DNA of 64,000 nt, taken from positions 3,200,001 through 3,264,000 of the forward strand of contig OZ242010.1 in the NCBI GenBank assembly GCA_965204745.1, read 5' to 3'. Shown one piece after another: positions 1 to 8,766 of this stretch; within the stretch, counting starts at the first letter, position 1; each line of letters starts with the position of its first letter. Origin of the DNA: Candidatus Latescibacterota bacterium. Its GTDB lineage: Bacteria; Latescibacterota; UBA2968. Position numbers and translations under genes: made by a program. Under the pieces are notes generated by a model that did not search any database, was not told the origin of the DNA, and saw nothing but the letters and a program-made list of their open reading frames with translations.

Positions 1-1403
1 CCCTCAAACGTGGCGGTGTATGGGGAGGTGTTGCTACTGCCGATGGGTGCCCAGCCCGCGCCGCCATTCCAGTAGGTAGTGTCTGCTGAGGTGATCGCGC
101 CATCGCCGTTTTCGTCAAAGTCCAAGTTGTTGAGCAGTTCGTAGCCAGTGCAGGTGCCGGAAGGGCAACCCATCCGGCCGCTACTGGTGGTGTTGCGGCC
201 GGGAAAGGCGGCGCCATAATCGGCGTGGGTAGCGTCGCCATTGCCGTTGAGGTCGTGGCGAATGGCGTTGAGTTGCGCCAAGGTGGTGATATCGATGAGG
301 CCATCGCTATCCGTGTCGTAATTCCTGGGCTGGGCAACGAACTGCGCGGTGGTGTCCAGGCCTGCATACTTCAACACAGGATACTGATCCGCTTTGCCAA
401 ATGTCCACGGATTGTCGTTGCCGGTCTGTCCGTCGATGTTGATGTTCCAGGTGGCGTAGATGCCGGTGTAGCCGGTGGGAGTTTGGAGAGTGCTGGTGGT
501 CTGACCCGTGCCGCCTGCGCTGGTGGTCTGACCGCTGGTTTCGGTGTCCCAGTAGCTACTGACCACGCTAGCTGAGCCAAAGCCTGTGACTGAAGATCCT
601 GCTAAACCGCCGATAGTTGATGCTGTTCCGCTGGACCGGCTGACCCGGCCGATAGAGTAGGAGTTTGTTATATTTCTTGCTCCGCCTGCCAGACCGCCGA
701 CATGGCTTGTTCCGCTGACAGAAGCAGTTGAGTAACTGGTCGAGATAGTCTCACTAGTCCAGCCGGTTACTCCACCAACATAATTGGTGCCTTGTACCTG
801 GCCGGTGGTGTAACAGGCGACAGTTGAGCCGTTGGCACCGGCTAGAATACCGGTGTATTCCCTTCCCGTGACATTGGCGTTGGTCACGCCCAGAGATTCG
901 ATTTGACCACTTATGTTGCCGAACAGCCCAATGTAATCTCCGCTACGGTTGATGAACAGGTTGTTGATGGTATAGCCGTTGCCCTTGAAAGGGGCAGTGT
1001 AAGTCTCTCTATTGGGATCGCCCACGGGTAGCCAACCTGCACCGCTGTTCCAGTAGTTGCCGCTGTGGTCGTTGGCGTCCACGTCGCCGTCGCCGTCGCT
1101 GTCGAAGTCCAGGTTGTTCATCAGTTCGTAGCCGTTACAGCCGGTGGATGGGCAACCCATACCCGTGGCGGCGTTGGGGAAGGCGGCGTTGTAAAGTGTC
1201 CATTCGCCGGCTACCGTGTAGCCTTGCAGGCCATTGCCGTCGGGGTCGTAGTTTATGGCTTGGAGTTGTGCCAAAGTGGTGATGTCAATCAGGCGGTCGT
1301 TGTCCGAGTCGTAGTCGACGGTGGTTTGGGCAAACGCCGGCCCCGGTGCCACCAGCATGACCAGCGCGACCAGGGCCAACAAGTGAGCGTAGCGGGGCAT
1401 CAT
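1..1403 (-). CDS. Secreted GLUG-motif repeat surface protein (partial; 3' end outside window)
   Basis: Not in the ORF track. Manual translation from ATG at 1403: MMPRYAHLLALVALVMLVAPGPAFAQ (signal peptide) TTVDYDSDNDRLIDITTLAQLQAI...GMGCPSTGCNGYELMNNLDFD...WNSGAGWLPVG...IGLFG...VGGLAG...SYWDTETSGQ. A second copy of the module starts near 320 (NYDTDSDGLIDITTLAQLNAI...GCPSGTCTGYELLNNLDFD). Frame is open to base 1. GAGAGGGG RBS upstream. Confidence 0.85.
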   Translation of the reverse strand, partial: MMPRYAHLLALVALVMLVAPGPAFAQTTVDYDSDNDRLIDITTLAQLQAINYDPDGNGLQGYTVAGEWTLYNAAFPNAATGMGCPSTGCNGYELMNNLDFDSDGDGDVDANDHSGNYWNSGAGWLPVGDPNRETYTAPFKGNGYTINNLFINRSGDYIGLFGNISGQIESLGVTNANVTGREYTGILAGANGSTVACYTTGQVQGTNYVGGVTGWTSETISTSYSTASVSGTSHVGGLAGGARNITNSYSIGRVSRSSGTASTIGGLAGSSVTGFGSASVVSSYWDTETSGQTTSAGGTGQTTSTLQTPTGYTGIYATWNINIDGQTGNDNPWTFGKADQYPVLKYAGLDTTAQFVAQPRNYDTDSDGLIDITTLAQLNAIRHDLNGNGDATHADYGAAFPGRNTTSSGRMGCPSGTCTGYELLNNLDFDENGDGAITSADTTYWNGGAGWAPIGSSNTSPYTATFE

Positions 1404-1419
1404 TTTGTCCCCCTCTCGA

Positions 1420-1434
1420 GGGGGGGGGGGGGGG
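1420..1434. repeat. G15 homopolymer just upstream of the GLUG gene RBS
   Basis: 15 consecutive G at 1420-1434, about 17 bp from the start codon. Confidence 0.85.
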
Positions 1435-1668
1435 TACACTGTACTGATCATCCTAACAGATTGTTTTGCAATGAAATAGGACCGCACTCCAAGACGAGAA
1501 TCGGCGATATGAACGCCAGTTTTCGCGGTGGGAACATAGCGCCAAATGAGGTTCAAACAGCGGCTGAAAATGGTGGGAATCATCTGGAGCCTCCAAAAAA
1601 ATATAACGAGTTGTGCAGGCATGGCTTTTGCCTGCGTGCGCCAAATAACGAATAACGATGGTGGAGTA

Positions 1669-1698
1669 AAATTAAGGTACCACGTCGTTTCTTGTCAA
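1669..1698 (-). promoter_or_regulatory. Possible sigma70 promoter for the GLUG gene
   Basis: Minus strand TTGACA-N17/18-(T)TAATTT. Confidence 0.35.
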
Positions 1699-1707
1699 GG
1701 GAATTTT

Positions 1708-2032
1708 GGACCTACCCCCCTAGCCCCGTTACTCGCTACGCTTCGTTGTAGGCTACGTCTGTGCCTGCGAGGAAGGGGGAATGGCGAGAGGTTTTGCGAG
1801 GGGGACCTACCCCCTAACCCCCTTCCTGCGAGGAAGGGGGAACTGTGAGCGGTTTCCCGAGGGGAATGGCGTAGAGGTTTTTTGGGGTTCATAGCGTGAT
1901 CTATTCGCGCAAAGCCATCAAAGCAGCCAGGGATACAAACCTTCAAGAAAGCCATGCGCTCCCCCTTTCCTTGTAGGCACAGGCGTAGCCTACAATGAGC
2001 GAAGCGAATAACGGGGGCCGGGGGGATAGGGC
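1708..2032. mobile_element. MITE-like intergenic element, copy 1 (long imperfect terminal inverted repeats)
   Basis: GGACCTACCCCC...GAGGAAGGGGGA (1708-1780) is near reverse-complementary to 1960-2032. A second left end lies at 1803. Related copy at 32936-33154. Confidence 0.6.
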
Positions 2033-2246
2033 TTGCGGTAGGGTGGTGTGGGGTAATCCGCGCAATCCCCTAATCCGTTTAATCCGCGATTCAGACACGG
2101 GTGGCAGGGCGGCGAGGACGGCCACGCTCATCGCTCTAAAACAAAATGTCAACAGAACCTCGTTCATGTCTTTGGATGATGGGTTGTGGCTTGCTTCTTA
2201 CTCGCTTTCTACTCTTAATTCGCATTGACAACTGACAACTGCCCCA

Positions 2247-3677
2247 CTAACTAACCCCGCCCACGGTCATACTTTTTTCCACCAACATCGTCGGCACGCC
2301 CATCGAGACCGGCACGCCCTGCCCGTTTTTGCCGCACGTCCAACTGCCGGTATCCAACTTGGCGTCATCAGCGGCCATGGCCACGTTTTTCAGGGCTTCC
2401 GGGCCATTGCCGATGATATTCACGTCCTTGATGGGCGCGGTGATTTTGCCGTCCTCGATGAGCCAGCCATTTTTGATGTAAAACGTAAAGTCGCCCGCGC
2501 CGATTTGCACCTGCCCATTGGTGAACGTGTCGGCGATAATGCCGCAATCGACCGCGGCGATGATCTCGTCTCGGGTGTGCGGCCCGTCGAGCATGTACGT
2601 AGAGCGCATGCGCGGCATCGGCACATGGCGAAACCCCTCGCGGCGGCCCGATCCCGTGGGGGCAACCCCGTAGTGCGTGGCCGAGATGCGGTCGTGCAAG
2701 TAGCTTTTAAGAACGCCGTTTTCAATGAGGGTCGTACACGCGGTGGGCTGGCCTTCGTCGTCGATATTGAGCGCGCCCCGGTCATTTTGCTGCAAGCCAT
2801 CATCGACGATGGTCACAAAGTCCGGGGCCACTTTCTCGTCCATCATCGCGGCGTAGATGGACGTGCCCTTGCGGTTGAAATCCGCCTCCAAGCCGTGCCC
2901 AATGGCTTCGTGGAGCAAGATGCCAGACGCCCCTGCTGCCAGGACCACGGGCATCTCGCCTGCTGGCGGGCGTCGCGCGTCGAACAGGATCATCGTGTGA
3001 TCCACGGCTTTTTGGCAGACTTCCTCGATGTGCTCAGCCGTGAAATAGCCGATGCCCTCGCGCCGGGAAACAGACGCGCCATTGCTTTGCCGCACCCCGT
3101 TTTTGGTCGCCGTGACCGAGCAATAGAGCGTGGCCATGGGGCGCCTGTCCGCGCTGAAAATCCCATCGCTGGTAACGATGAGCACATGCTCGTCCCTGTC
3201 CATCCATCCCACAGACACTTTTTCTATCGCGGCATCCATTGCGCGAATCGCGGTTTCCGCGCTTTGCACCACGGGCAATCGCTCCGCGATATCGACCGCG
3301 TCCCAATCCCGGTCAATGGCATAGCGGTCATCCGGTTGTCGGTACCGCATCGCTTGCGGGGGCGTGTTTTTCGCGCCTTCTGCAATGGCCGCCGCTGTTC
3401 GCGCAGCCGCGTAAATCGCGCTCGGGTCCAAACTTTCGGAAAACGCATAGCCGACCTGATCCCCGATCACCGCGCGAATGCCCACGCCTTGATCGACGCC
3501 CGTGTTGGCCCGGGAAATGATCCCGTCTTCCAAGCTGAGGGAGGTAGAACGCACATGCTGAAAATACAGGTCGGCAAAATCAGCCCCTTTGGACATCGCT
3601 TCGGACAATGCCTGCGCGGCCACGGTCTCATCCACGCCAAACAAGGTGGCAAACGGATGGGTTTCAAAATCGATCAT
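2247..3677 (-). CDS. tldD: TldD/PmbA family metalloprotease (TldD-type)
   Basis: ADFADLY, GVGIR, GILLHEAIGHGLEADFNRKGTS (HExxxH), PMPRMRSTY, CGKNGQGVPVSMGVPT. Start reassigned to MIDFETHP at 3677 (GAGGAGG RBS). Confidence 0.93.
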   Translation of the reverse strand: MIDFETHPFATLFGVDETVAAQALSEAMSKGADFADLYFQHVRSTSLSLEDGIISRANTGVDQGVGIRAVIGDQVGYAFSESLDPSAIYAAARTAAAIAEGAKNTPPQAMRYRQPDDRYAIDRDWDAVDIAERLPVVQSAETAIRAMDAAIEKVSVGWMDRDEHVLIVTSDGIFSADRRPMATLYCSVTATKNGVRQSNGASVSRREGIGYFTAEHIEEVCQKAVDHTMILFDARRPPAGEMPVVLAAGASGILLHEAIGHGLEADFNRKGTSIYAAMMDEKVAPDFVTIVDDGLQQNDRGALNIDDEGQPTACTTLIENGVLKSYLHDRISATHYGVAPTGSGRREGFRHVPMPRMRSTYMLDGPHTRDEIIAAVDCGIIADTFTNGQVQIGAGDFTFYIKNGWLIEDGKITAPIKDVNIIGNGPEALKNVAMAADDAKLDTGSWTCGKNGQGVPVSMGVPTMLVEKSMTVGGVS

Positions 3678-3853
3678 TGTGAACCTCCTCAAGTGTATGG
3701 TCGCTCCGCCCAGCCCCGCCACCCTGCGGGAAGACGTAAGAGGGAAGAGGGAAGACCCCCAGATCCCTTCAGTCCCCAATCTCCAGTCCCTCGCCTTTCA
3801 CCCCTCACGTCTTCCCTCTTGCTTCTTACTTGTGGATGGGCTGTTGGGCGGGG

Positions 3854-3885
3854 ACTGACAACTGACAACTGACAACTGACAACTG
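3854..3885. repeat. Heptamer tandem repeat (ACTGACA)x4
   Basis: Direct reading; shorter copies near 2226-2241 and 54386-54406. Confidence 0.8.
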
Positions 3886-3890
3886 TCTCT

Positions 3891-4136
3891 CTACTTTTTG
3901 ATCTCGACTAACCAAGCGATGGGATTCAGGCCATAAAACGCGATGTTCTCGGCGCGAATACCGCACGCAGTGAGATTGGACATGACGCTATCTTTGGTCC
4001 AACGAGCGGACCAAAAACCCTCTGCGGTTGCCACAAAGCGCGATCCCAATGGCGTCACGACGCGTTGCCCCGTGTGTTCGTAGAAGTCAATCTGCGCGGC
4101 CTCTGCTTCCGGTGTGTTTTTGTTTGGGTTGGGGAA
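3891..4136 (-). pseudogene. Start-less 3' gene remnant, possibly a SAM methyltransferase C-terminus
   Basis: Open 81-codon frame ...NTPEAEAAQIDFYEHTGQRVVTPLGSRFVATAEGFWSARWTKDSVMSNLTACGIRAENIAFYGLNPIAWLVEIKK* with no 5' start or RBS; family assignment is a weak resemblance. Confidence 0.4.
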
Positions 4137-4583
4137 TCAGGGAAGGTGTTCCAAGTCGTCGAGGTCTTTGAATCTTCCGCTGGATTTTTTGTTTTCCTTC
4201 AAGTGTTCAAGGCTGATGATGGGAATTTGAATTTCATCGATGGTATCCACGATGCGCTCTGCATAGCAAGTCTCAAAATCAACGCCCGAAATAGATGGAA
4301 TAATCTCAATACGCATTGGAGGAACCCCCATTCTGACGATGTCTTCTTCATTCAAAAAAATATTTGCATAAAGGTCAGATGCGGGGAATCCAAACGCTTG
4401 TAAGGTGGCGGCCAGCCGTTCGGCATTTTCGGGATGGACGGCAATCCAAATATCCAGATCATTGGTGGTCCGTGGGTACCCGTGGTACCCCACGGCATAG
4501 CCACCGATCAAAAGATATTCAACGCCATGTTCGTTGAGCAATGTCAAGAACTCTTTGAAGTCGTCTGGTAGCTCGAGTTCCAT
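4137..4583 (-). CDS. Nucleotidyltransferase (MNT/DUF6036-like), putative TA component
   Basis: EYLLIGGYAVGYHGYPRTTNDLDIW (GG..A...R.T.DLD motif); C-terminal NKKSSGRFKDLDDL. Confidence 0.85.
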   Translation of the reverse strand: MELELPDDFKEFLTLLNEHGVEYLLIGGYAVGYHGYPRTTNDLDIWIAVHPENAERLAATLQAFGFPASDLYANIFLNEEDIVRMGVPPMRIEIIPSISGVDFETCYAERIVDTIDEIQIPIISLEHLKENKKSSGRFKDLDDLEHLP

Positions 4584-4731
4584 AGTTGATCCTGCGGAGA
4601 ATTTCGATTTGTTTCAGGCGTTCATGGGGCGGTTGTGCGAGCCAGTATGCCCGTTCTTCTGACGTGTCGGAAAGCGCGCCAATAGAAAGGGTCGTTCTGT
4701 CCATTTTCAGCGGCAGGCGGTGCGGTGCCAT
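4519..4731 (-). CDS. Small putative antitoxin partner of the nucleotidyltransferase
   Basis: MDRT..S...LSD.SEERAYWLAQPPHERL..IE.LR..NYG...RLQRVLDIAQR, the type of small ORF usually found upstream of this NTase family; overlaps it by 65 bp; alternative start at 4704. Confidence 0.7.
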   Translation of the reverse strand: MAPHRLPLKMDRTTLSIGALSDTSEERAYWLAQPPHERLKQIEILRRINYGTRATRRLQRVLDIAQRTWR

Positions 4732-6627
4732 TCACGACCTCCTTTGGTTTTCAAAAAACGCTTTGTGCTGTGCGGACACGTTCTCGATGGGAATGGGTTT
4801 GGAGAGGCCGACCTTGAAGGCGAGCATCCACATGACGAAAATGCCGAACAACAACATGAGGAGTTGCCACACCCACAGGGAGGGCAACCCAAACGGCGCC
4901 CATGTGCCCGGCGCATTGGGATCGGAAAACAGGGTATTGCCAACCGTGGCGAACGGGCCGAATCCGACGAGAAACCACACGACCGTGAGAATCCACGCGG
5001 GCGTCACCCACTTCTTTTGACCGGCCGTCAGCCCGGAAACCGCTTGGATGAAGGCGTGGTGTTTCGCCCTGCGCCCGCGCTCGCCCGCGTCCTCGGATCC
5101 GAATTTCGACACGAGCAGGGCCGCGATCAAATTGGCAAAAATGCCCCAACCCGCGCTGTGAATGGTCAGGGGGAACGCGCCCCACGGCAGGCCGAACAAA
5201 GCCACAGTGCGATCCGTGAGGGTCACGGCGACCAGCCCGGCAATGAGGCCCCACACCACGCCCTTGCGCGTCAGCCACGAAAAATAGCACACGCCCATCA
5301 GGGCCGGGTACATCTGAAACCCGTAGGCCACCGCGAGGCCGCCGAGCATCACTATCGCGCCGGTGAATTGCGCGGCGACAAACAGCGCGACCACGGTCAC
5401 GACAATGACAAAGACGCGGCCGCACAGCTTTTGCACCCGATCCGACGCGTCTGGAGCGACATAGTGCTTGTACAAATCGCGCGTCACCATGCCGGAAAAG
5501 GTGGACATGTACGCGGCGCCGGTGGATTGCATGGCCGCGAGCGCGCACACCGCGAGCAGGCCGACGAGCCAAGGCGCGGCATCCGCGAGCAAATTGATGA
5601 GTTGCGGGACGAGGTTTTTGTCATTCGCAGCTTCAAACACCCCGGTTGCAACGAGGATATTGCCGCCCAAGCCCTGAAAGATGGTGAAGGAAAAGAGGAT
5701 GATGCCGATGATCACGGAAGACGCCACCACTTGTTGCCAGCGGAAGGGTTCGCTCGTCTCGTTGGAAAAGCACCACATGGAAAAGGCCGGCGAGGACTGG
5801 ATGCCCATCAGCGCGAACATGTACGTCAGGCACATCATGCCGGTCCAAACGCTACCCTGTGCGTCTGCCCCAGAAGGCACGGCTTGGATGGCGCCGGGCA
5901 TCGCCACGATGTTCGAGTGCCCGTCCGGCGTGCGTTTTTGCCCCGTTGCGAGGTCCTGTTTGACGTACTCGGCAAGGCCGTCGGTGAACCCGTCCCAGCC
6001 GCCTGCAAAGCCGATGACGATGCCGCCCAAGATGACGATGCCGAGCGCGAGCAAGATGCACTGCGCGCAATCGACGTATGCCACGGACCGCAGGCCGCCG
6101 GAGGCCACATAGATCATCACTATCGCGGACAGGGCGTACATGCCCACTTCAATGCCGATCAGCCCATCGGTCAAGACGTGGAACAAATCTCCAGACGCGC
6201 GCAGTTGCACGCCCAAATACGGCACGGAAAACAGGAAGGCGACGAGCACGGTGAGCAAGCGCATGGCATTGCCCCCGTAGTACTCGGTGTACATTTCCCC
6301 CGGGGTGATGTGTTCAAACGCGCGGCCCACGACCCATTGCCGGCGCAAAAAGAGCACGCCCGTGAACGGAATGGTGAGCGCGTAAAACGAGGCAAATGCG
6401 TAGGGCAGGCCGTCCGTGAGGATTTTGCCCGGATGCCCCACAAAGGTCCAGCCGGAAAAACTCGTCGCGGTGGCCGCCAACACGAAAACCCAAATCCCAA
6501 TGGTGCGCCCGGCCACGAAGTAGTCGGTTGACGTGCGCGCGGAAATCGCCCCGCGAAACCCCCAAAACAGGCAATACGCCCAGTACAGCCCCACAAAAGC
6601 AAACAGCCAAATCAATTTCGCATCCAC
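4732..6627 (-). CDS. Sodium:solute symporter family transporter
   Basis: ~13-15 TM helices; DYFVAGR, ATATSFSGWTFVGHPG, YVASGGLRSVAYVD, AAMQST. Confidence 0.92.
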   Translation of the reverse strand: MDAKLIWLFAFVGLYWAYCLFWGFRGAISARTSTDYFVAGRTIGIWVFVLAATATSFSGWTFVGHPGKILTDGLPYAFASFYALTIPFTGVLFLRRQWVVGRAFEHITPGEMYTEYYGGNAMRLLTVLVAFLFSVPYLGVQLRASGDLFHVLTDGLIGIEVGMYALSAIVMIYVASGGLRSVAYVDCAQCILLALGIVILGGIVIGFAGGWDGFTDGLAEYVKQDLATGQKRTPDGHSNIVAMPGAIQAVPSGADAQGSVWTGMMCLTYMFALMGIQSSPAFSMWCFSNETSEPFRWQQVVASSVIIGIILFSFTIFQGLGGNILVATGVFEAANDKNLVPQLINLLADAAPWLVGLLAVCALAAMQSTGAAYMSTFSGMVTRDLYKHYVAPDASDRVQKLCGRVFVIVVTVVALFVAAQFTGAIVMLGGLAVAYGFQMYPALMGVCYFSWLTRKGVVWGLIAGLVAVTLTDRTVALFGLPWGAFPLTIHSAGWGIFANLIAALLVSKFGSEDAGERGRRAKHHAFIQAVSGLTAGQKKWVTPAWILTVVWFLVGFGPFATVGNTLFSDPNAPGTWAPFGLPSLWVWQLLMLLFGIFVMWMLAFKVGLSKPIPIENVSAQHKAFFENQRRS

Positions 6628-6689
6628 GATAAATCTCCTCGAGTTGTCGGCAGTTAGAACGTTAAAAAAAATTAAAATGTCAACACGGC

Positions 6690-8699
6690 CTACTTCAGTT
6701 TTTCGATCATATCCCGAAATGTCAGATTTTCCGGTGCCCTGATGAGGGCCTGATTGAGAATTTGAACGGCGCGAGTTGTATCCCGTTGAGTGAGATAGAT
6801 TTTCGTCAAATTGAGGGTGATGAACTCAATTTCAGGTGCTAATTGATGGGCTTTCTGAAAAAATAAACTTGTGTTTTCGAAGGTCGATTTTTTTGCCAAT
6901 GCTATCCCGATATGATTCAAAGCATGAGCATAAGTCAAACGGGACATCTCATCCTTTTGAGCACGGATGATAAAGTGGCCGAGTTGGTGCCAAGCGTCGA
7001 TCAGTTTTCTAGCGGCTACGTTGGGATCCGCATCTCGCAAACCAAAATGCGTTTCCATTGCCTTACTCGTCTGCTCTGGATGCGCGGCAACGCACTGTAC
7101 CAGTACCGTTAATGCGGGTAGATAGTTTGGGTAAATCTCCAATGCTCGGAGAAAATATAAAATGGCTTTATCCAGGTCGCGTTTCAACAATTGAACACCT
7201 GTGTTGTATGGCATCCGAGGATCCCGCGGGTATTTTTGATCTGCTTTGTTGGAAAACGACATTGCCAAAGAATCGAGACCAGCCTCGTCAAAAAATGACT
7301 CCAACGTCATTTCAACTGGATGTGACAAATAGTAAGACCCGGGATCACCGTCCAGAATTTTTATGACCCTCGCAACCGAACGGTCCGTGTGATTGATATG
7401 AACCCACGGAATAATCAGCAGTGCCGCACATACGCAACCAAAAACAGAGGCGTAATCCCGAAGAGACTTGGTCAAACCGCCATTGTAAAGCACGTACGTT
7501 GCGAAGGCCATCAGCGGAACGCCCGAAAGACACAACAGATCCCAATCCCTGCTTCCAAGTACCGGATCGATCACGAACAACCCGGCCAACGCGCCAAACG
7601 CACTGACGCCACAAAAGATCAACTCGCGGCTAAAGACGCGATGCCCGGCAAAAAGCCATAAAAACAGCACGGGCCATCCCATGGGCGCGCTCAGAACTTG
7701 TGCGTTGTACCATTCCCATCCATGCCACCAGGTTAATACGGCATATCCGTATGTGGGCGATGGGTATAAGGGCAACAGAACATGGGCATAGCTTTCGGAA
7801 AAGACATAGGCGACGACAACGCCGATCACAGCACACAACCCCATCGTCTTACGGTCTCGAAATATCGAAAATCGGCGCGCAAAATAACGATACCATAACC
7901 ACAGAAATGCGGGCACGAGAAAAACGAGCAAGATGTGCATAAATGCGCCGACAATGAAAAAGACGGTTGCCCAAATGGGTGGCTTGTTATCCCGTAATGC
8001 GATGATGCCCGATAGCAGAAAGCTCAAAATAAAAACGGGCAGAGGGGAATATGTTTCGATATAGCCAAAAAAATATTGAATCGGACCTAGGAAAATCATC
8101 AGCCCCGCGCACAGTACTTTTTCCCATTGTCGGTTACAAATCCGATTTGCCCACAAACAAACGAGGACGACATACGGCCCGCCGCAAAATACGCTGAACA
8201 ATTGCATCGCCAAAACGCCACTCGCATCATAATGACCGATCCAACCTTGTAGTGCGAGAAGCAAATACATCGCGCCGGCACCTTCAGAAGCGATGCGCCC
8301 GGCCGCAATATCTGAAGCCCGTACATACCCATCGCCTAAAAATCCATACTTTTGCCGACCCAGATAGAAAATCGCCCAAGCCAACAGACAGAGCACGGTG
8401 TAAATACCCGCCGGTCTTATTTTTTTGGCGATGGCGGTCACCGCCTTCTCGCCCCATTTTGCCGCCCTTTGGTTCATCGAGGGCACCGCGGTTGCGATGG
8501 CGATGGCATACAAAGAGAGCGCGATATAGGCGGGATAAAATGTCCAAAAATGCAACCCCCAAGATCGTTTCAAAAATGCGTAGTTATCGGAAGCTATTTC
8601 CGGAAGGACATAAACGATAAAAGCATGCAGTCCAATTAGCATTAGGCTTGCGAGAAAGGTTACACGCGACCTCGACTTGCCCGATTTACGCGCTGTCAT
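6690..8699 (-). CDS. Polytopic membrane protein with C-terminal TPR repeats (GT-C/TMTC-like architecture)
   Basis: ~12 TM segments with GFLGDG, YFFGYIETY, SRDWDL; TPR-like helices (AILYFLRALEIYPNY, FQKAHQLAPE). Confidence 0.75.
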   Translation of the reverse strand: MTARKSGKSRSRVTFLASLMLIGLHAFIVYVLPEIASDNYAFLKRSWGLHFWTFYPAYIALSLYAIAIATAVPSMNQRAAKWGEKAVTAIAKKIRPAGIYTVLCLLAWAIFYLGRQKYGFLGDGYVRASDIAAGRIASEGAGAMYLLLALQGWIGHYDASGVLAMQLFSVFCGGPYVVLVCLWANRICNRQWEKVLCAGLMIFLGPIQYFFGYIETYSPLPVFILSFLLSGIIALRDNKPPIWATVFFIVGAFMHILLVFLVPAFLWLWYRYFARRFSIFRDRKTMGLCAVIGVVVAYVFSESYAHVLLPLYPSPTYGYAVLTWWHGWEWYNAQVLSAPMGWPVLFLWLFAGHRVFSRELIFCGVSAFGALAGLFVIDPVLGSRDWDLLCLSGVPLMAFATYVLYNGGLTKSLRDYASVFGCVCAALLIIPWVHINHTDRSVARVIKILDGDPGSYYLSHPVEMTLESFFDEAGLDSLAMSFSNKADQKYPRDPRMPYNTGVQLLKRDLDKAILYFLRALEIYPNYLPALTVLVQCVAAHPEQTSKAMETHFGLRDADPNVAARKLIDAWHQLGHFIIRAQKDEMSRLTYAHALNHIGIALAKKSTFENTSLFFQKAHQLAPEIEFITLNLTKIYLTQRDTTRAVQILNQALIRAPENLTFRDMIEKLK

Positions 8700-8722
8700 A
8701 TCAGCTCTCCTTGGGTGATTTT

Positions 8723-8764
8723 CTTACGTCTCACGTCTTGCGTCTCACGTCTTGCGTCTTACGT
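8723..8764. repeat. Heptamer tandem repeat (CTYRCGT)x6
   Basis: cttacgt ctcacgt cttgcgt ctcacgt cttgcgt cttacgt, directly after the stop of the upstream gene. Confidence 0.8.
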
Positions 8765-8766
8765 CT

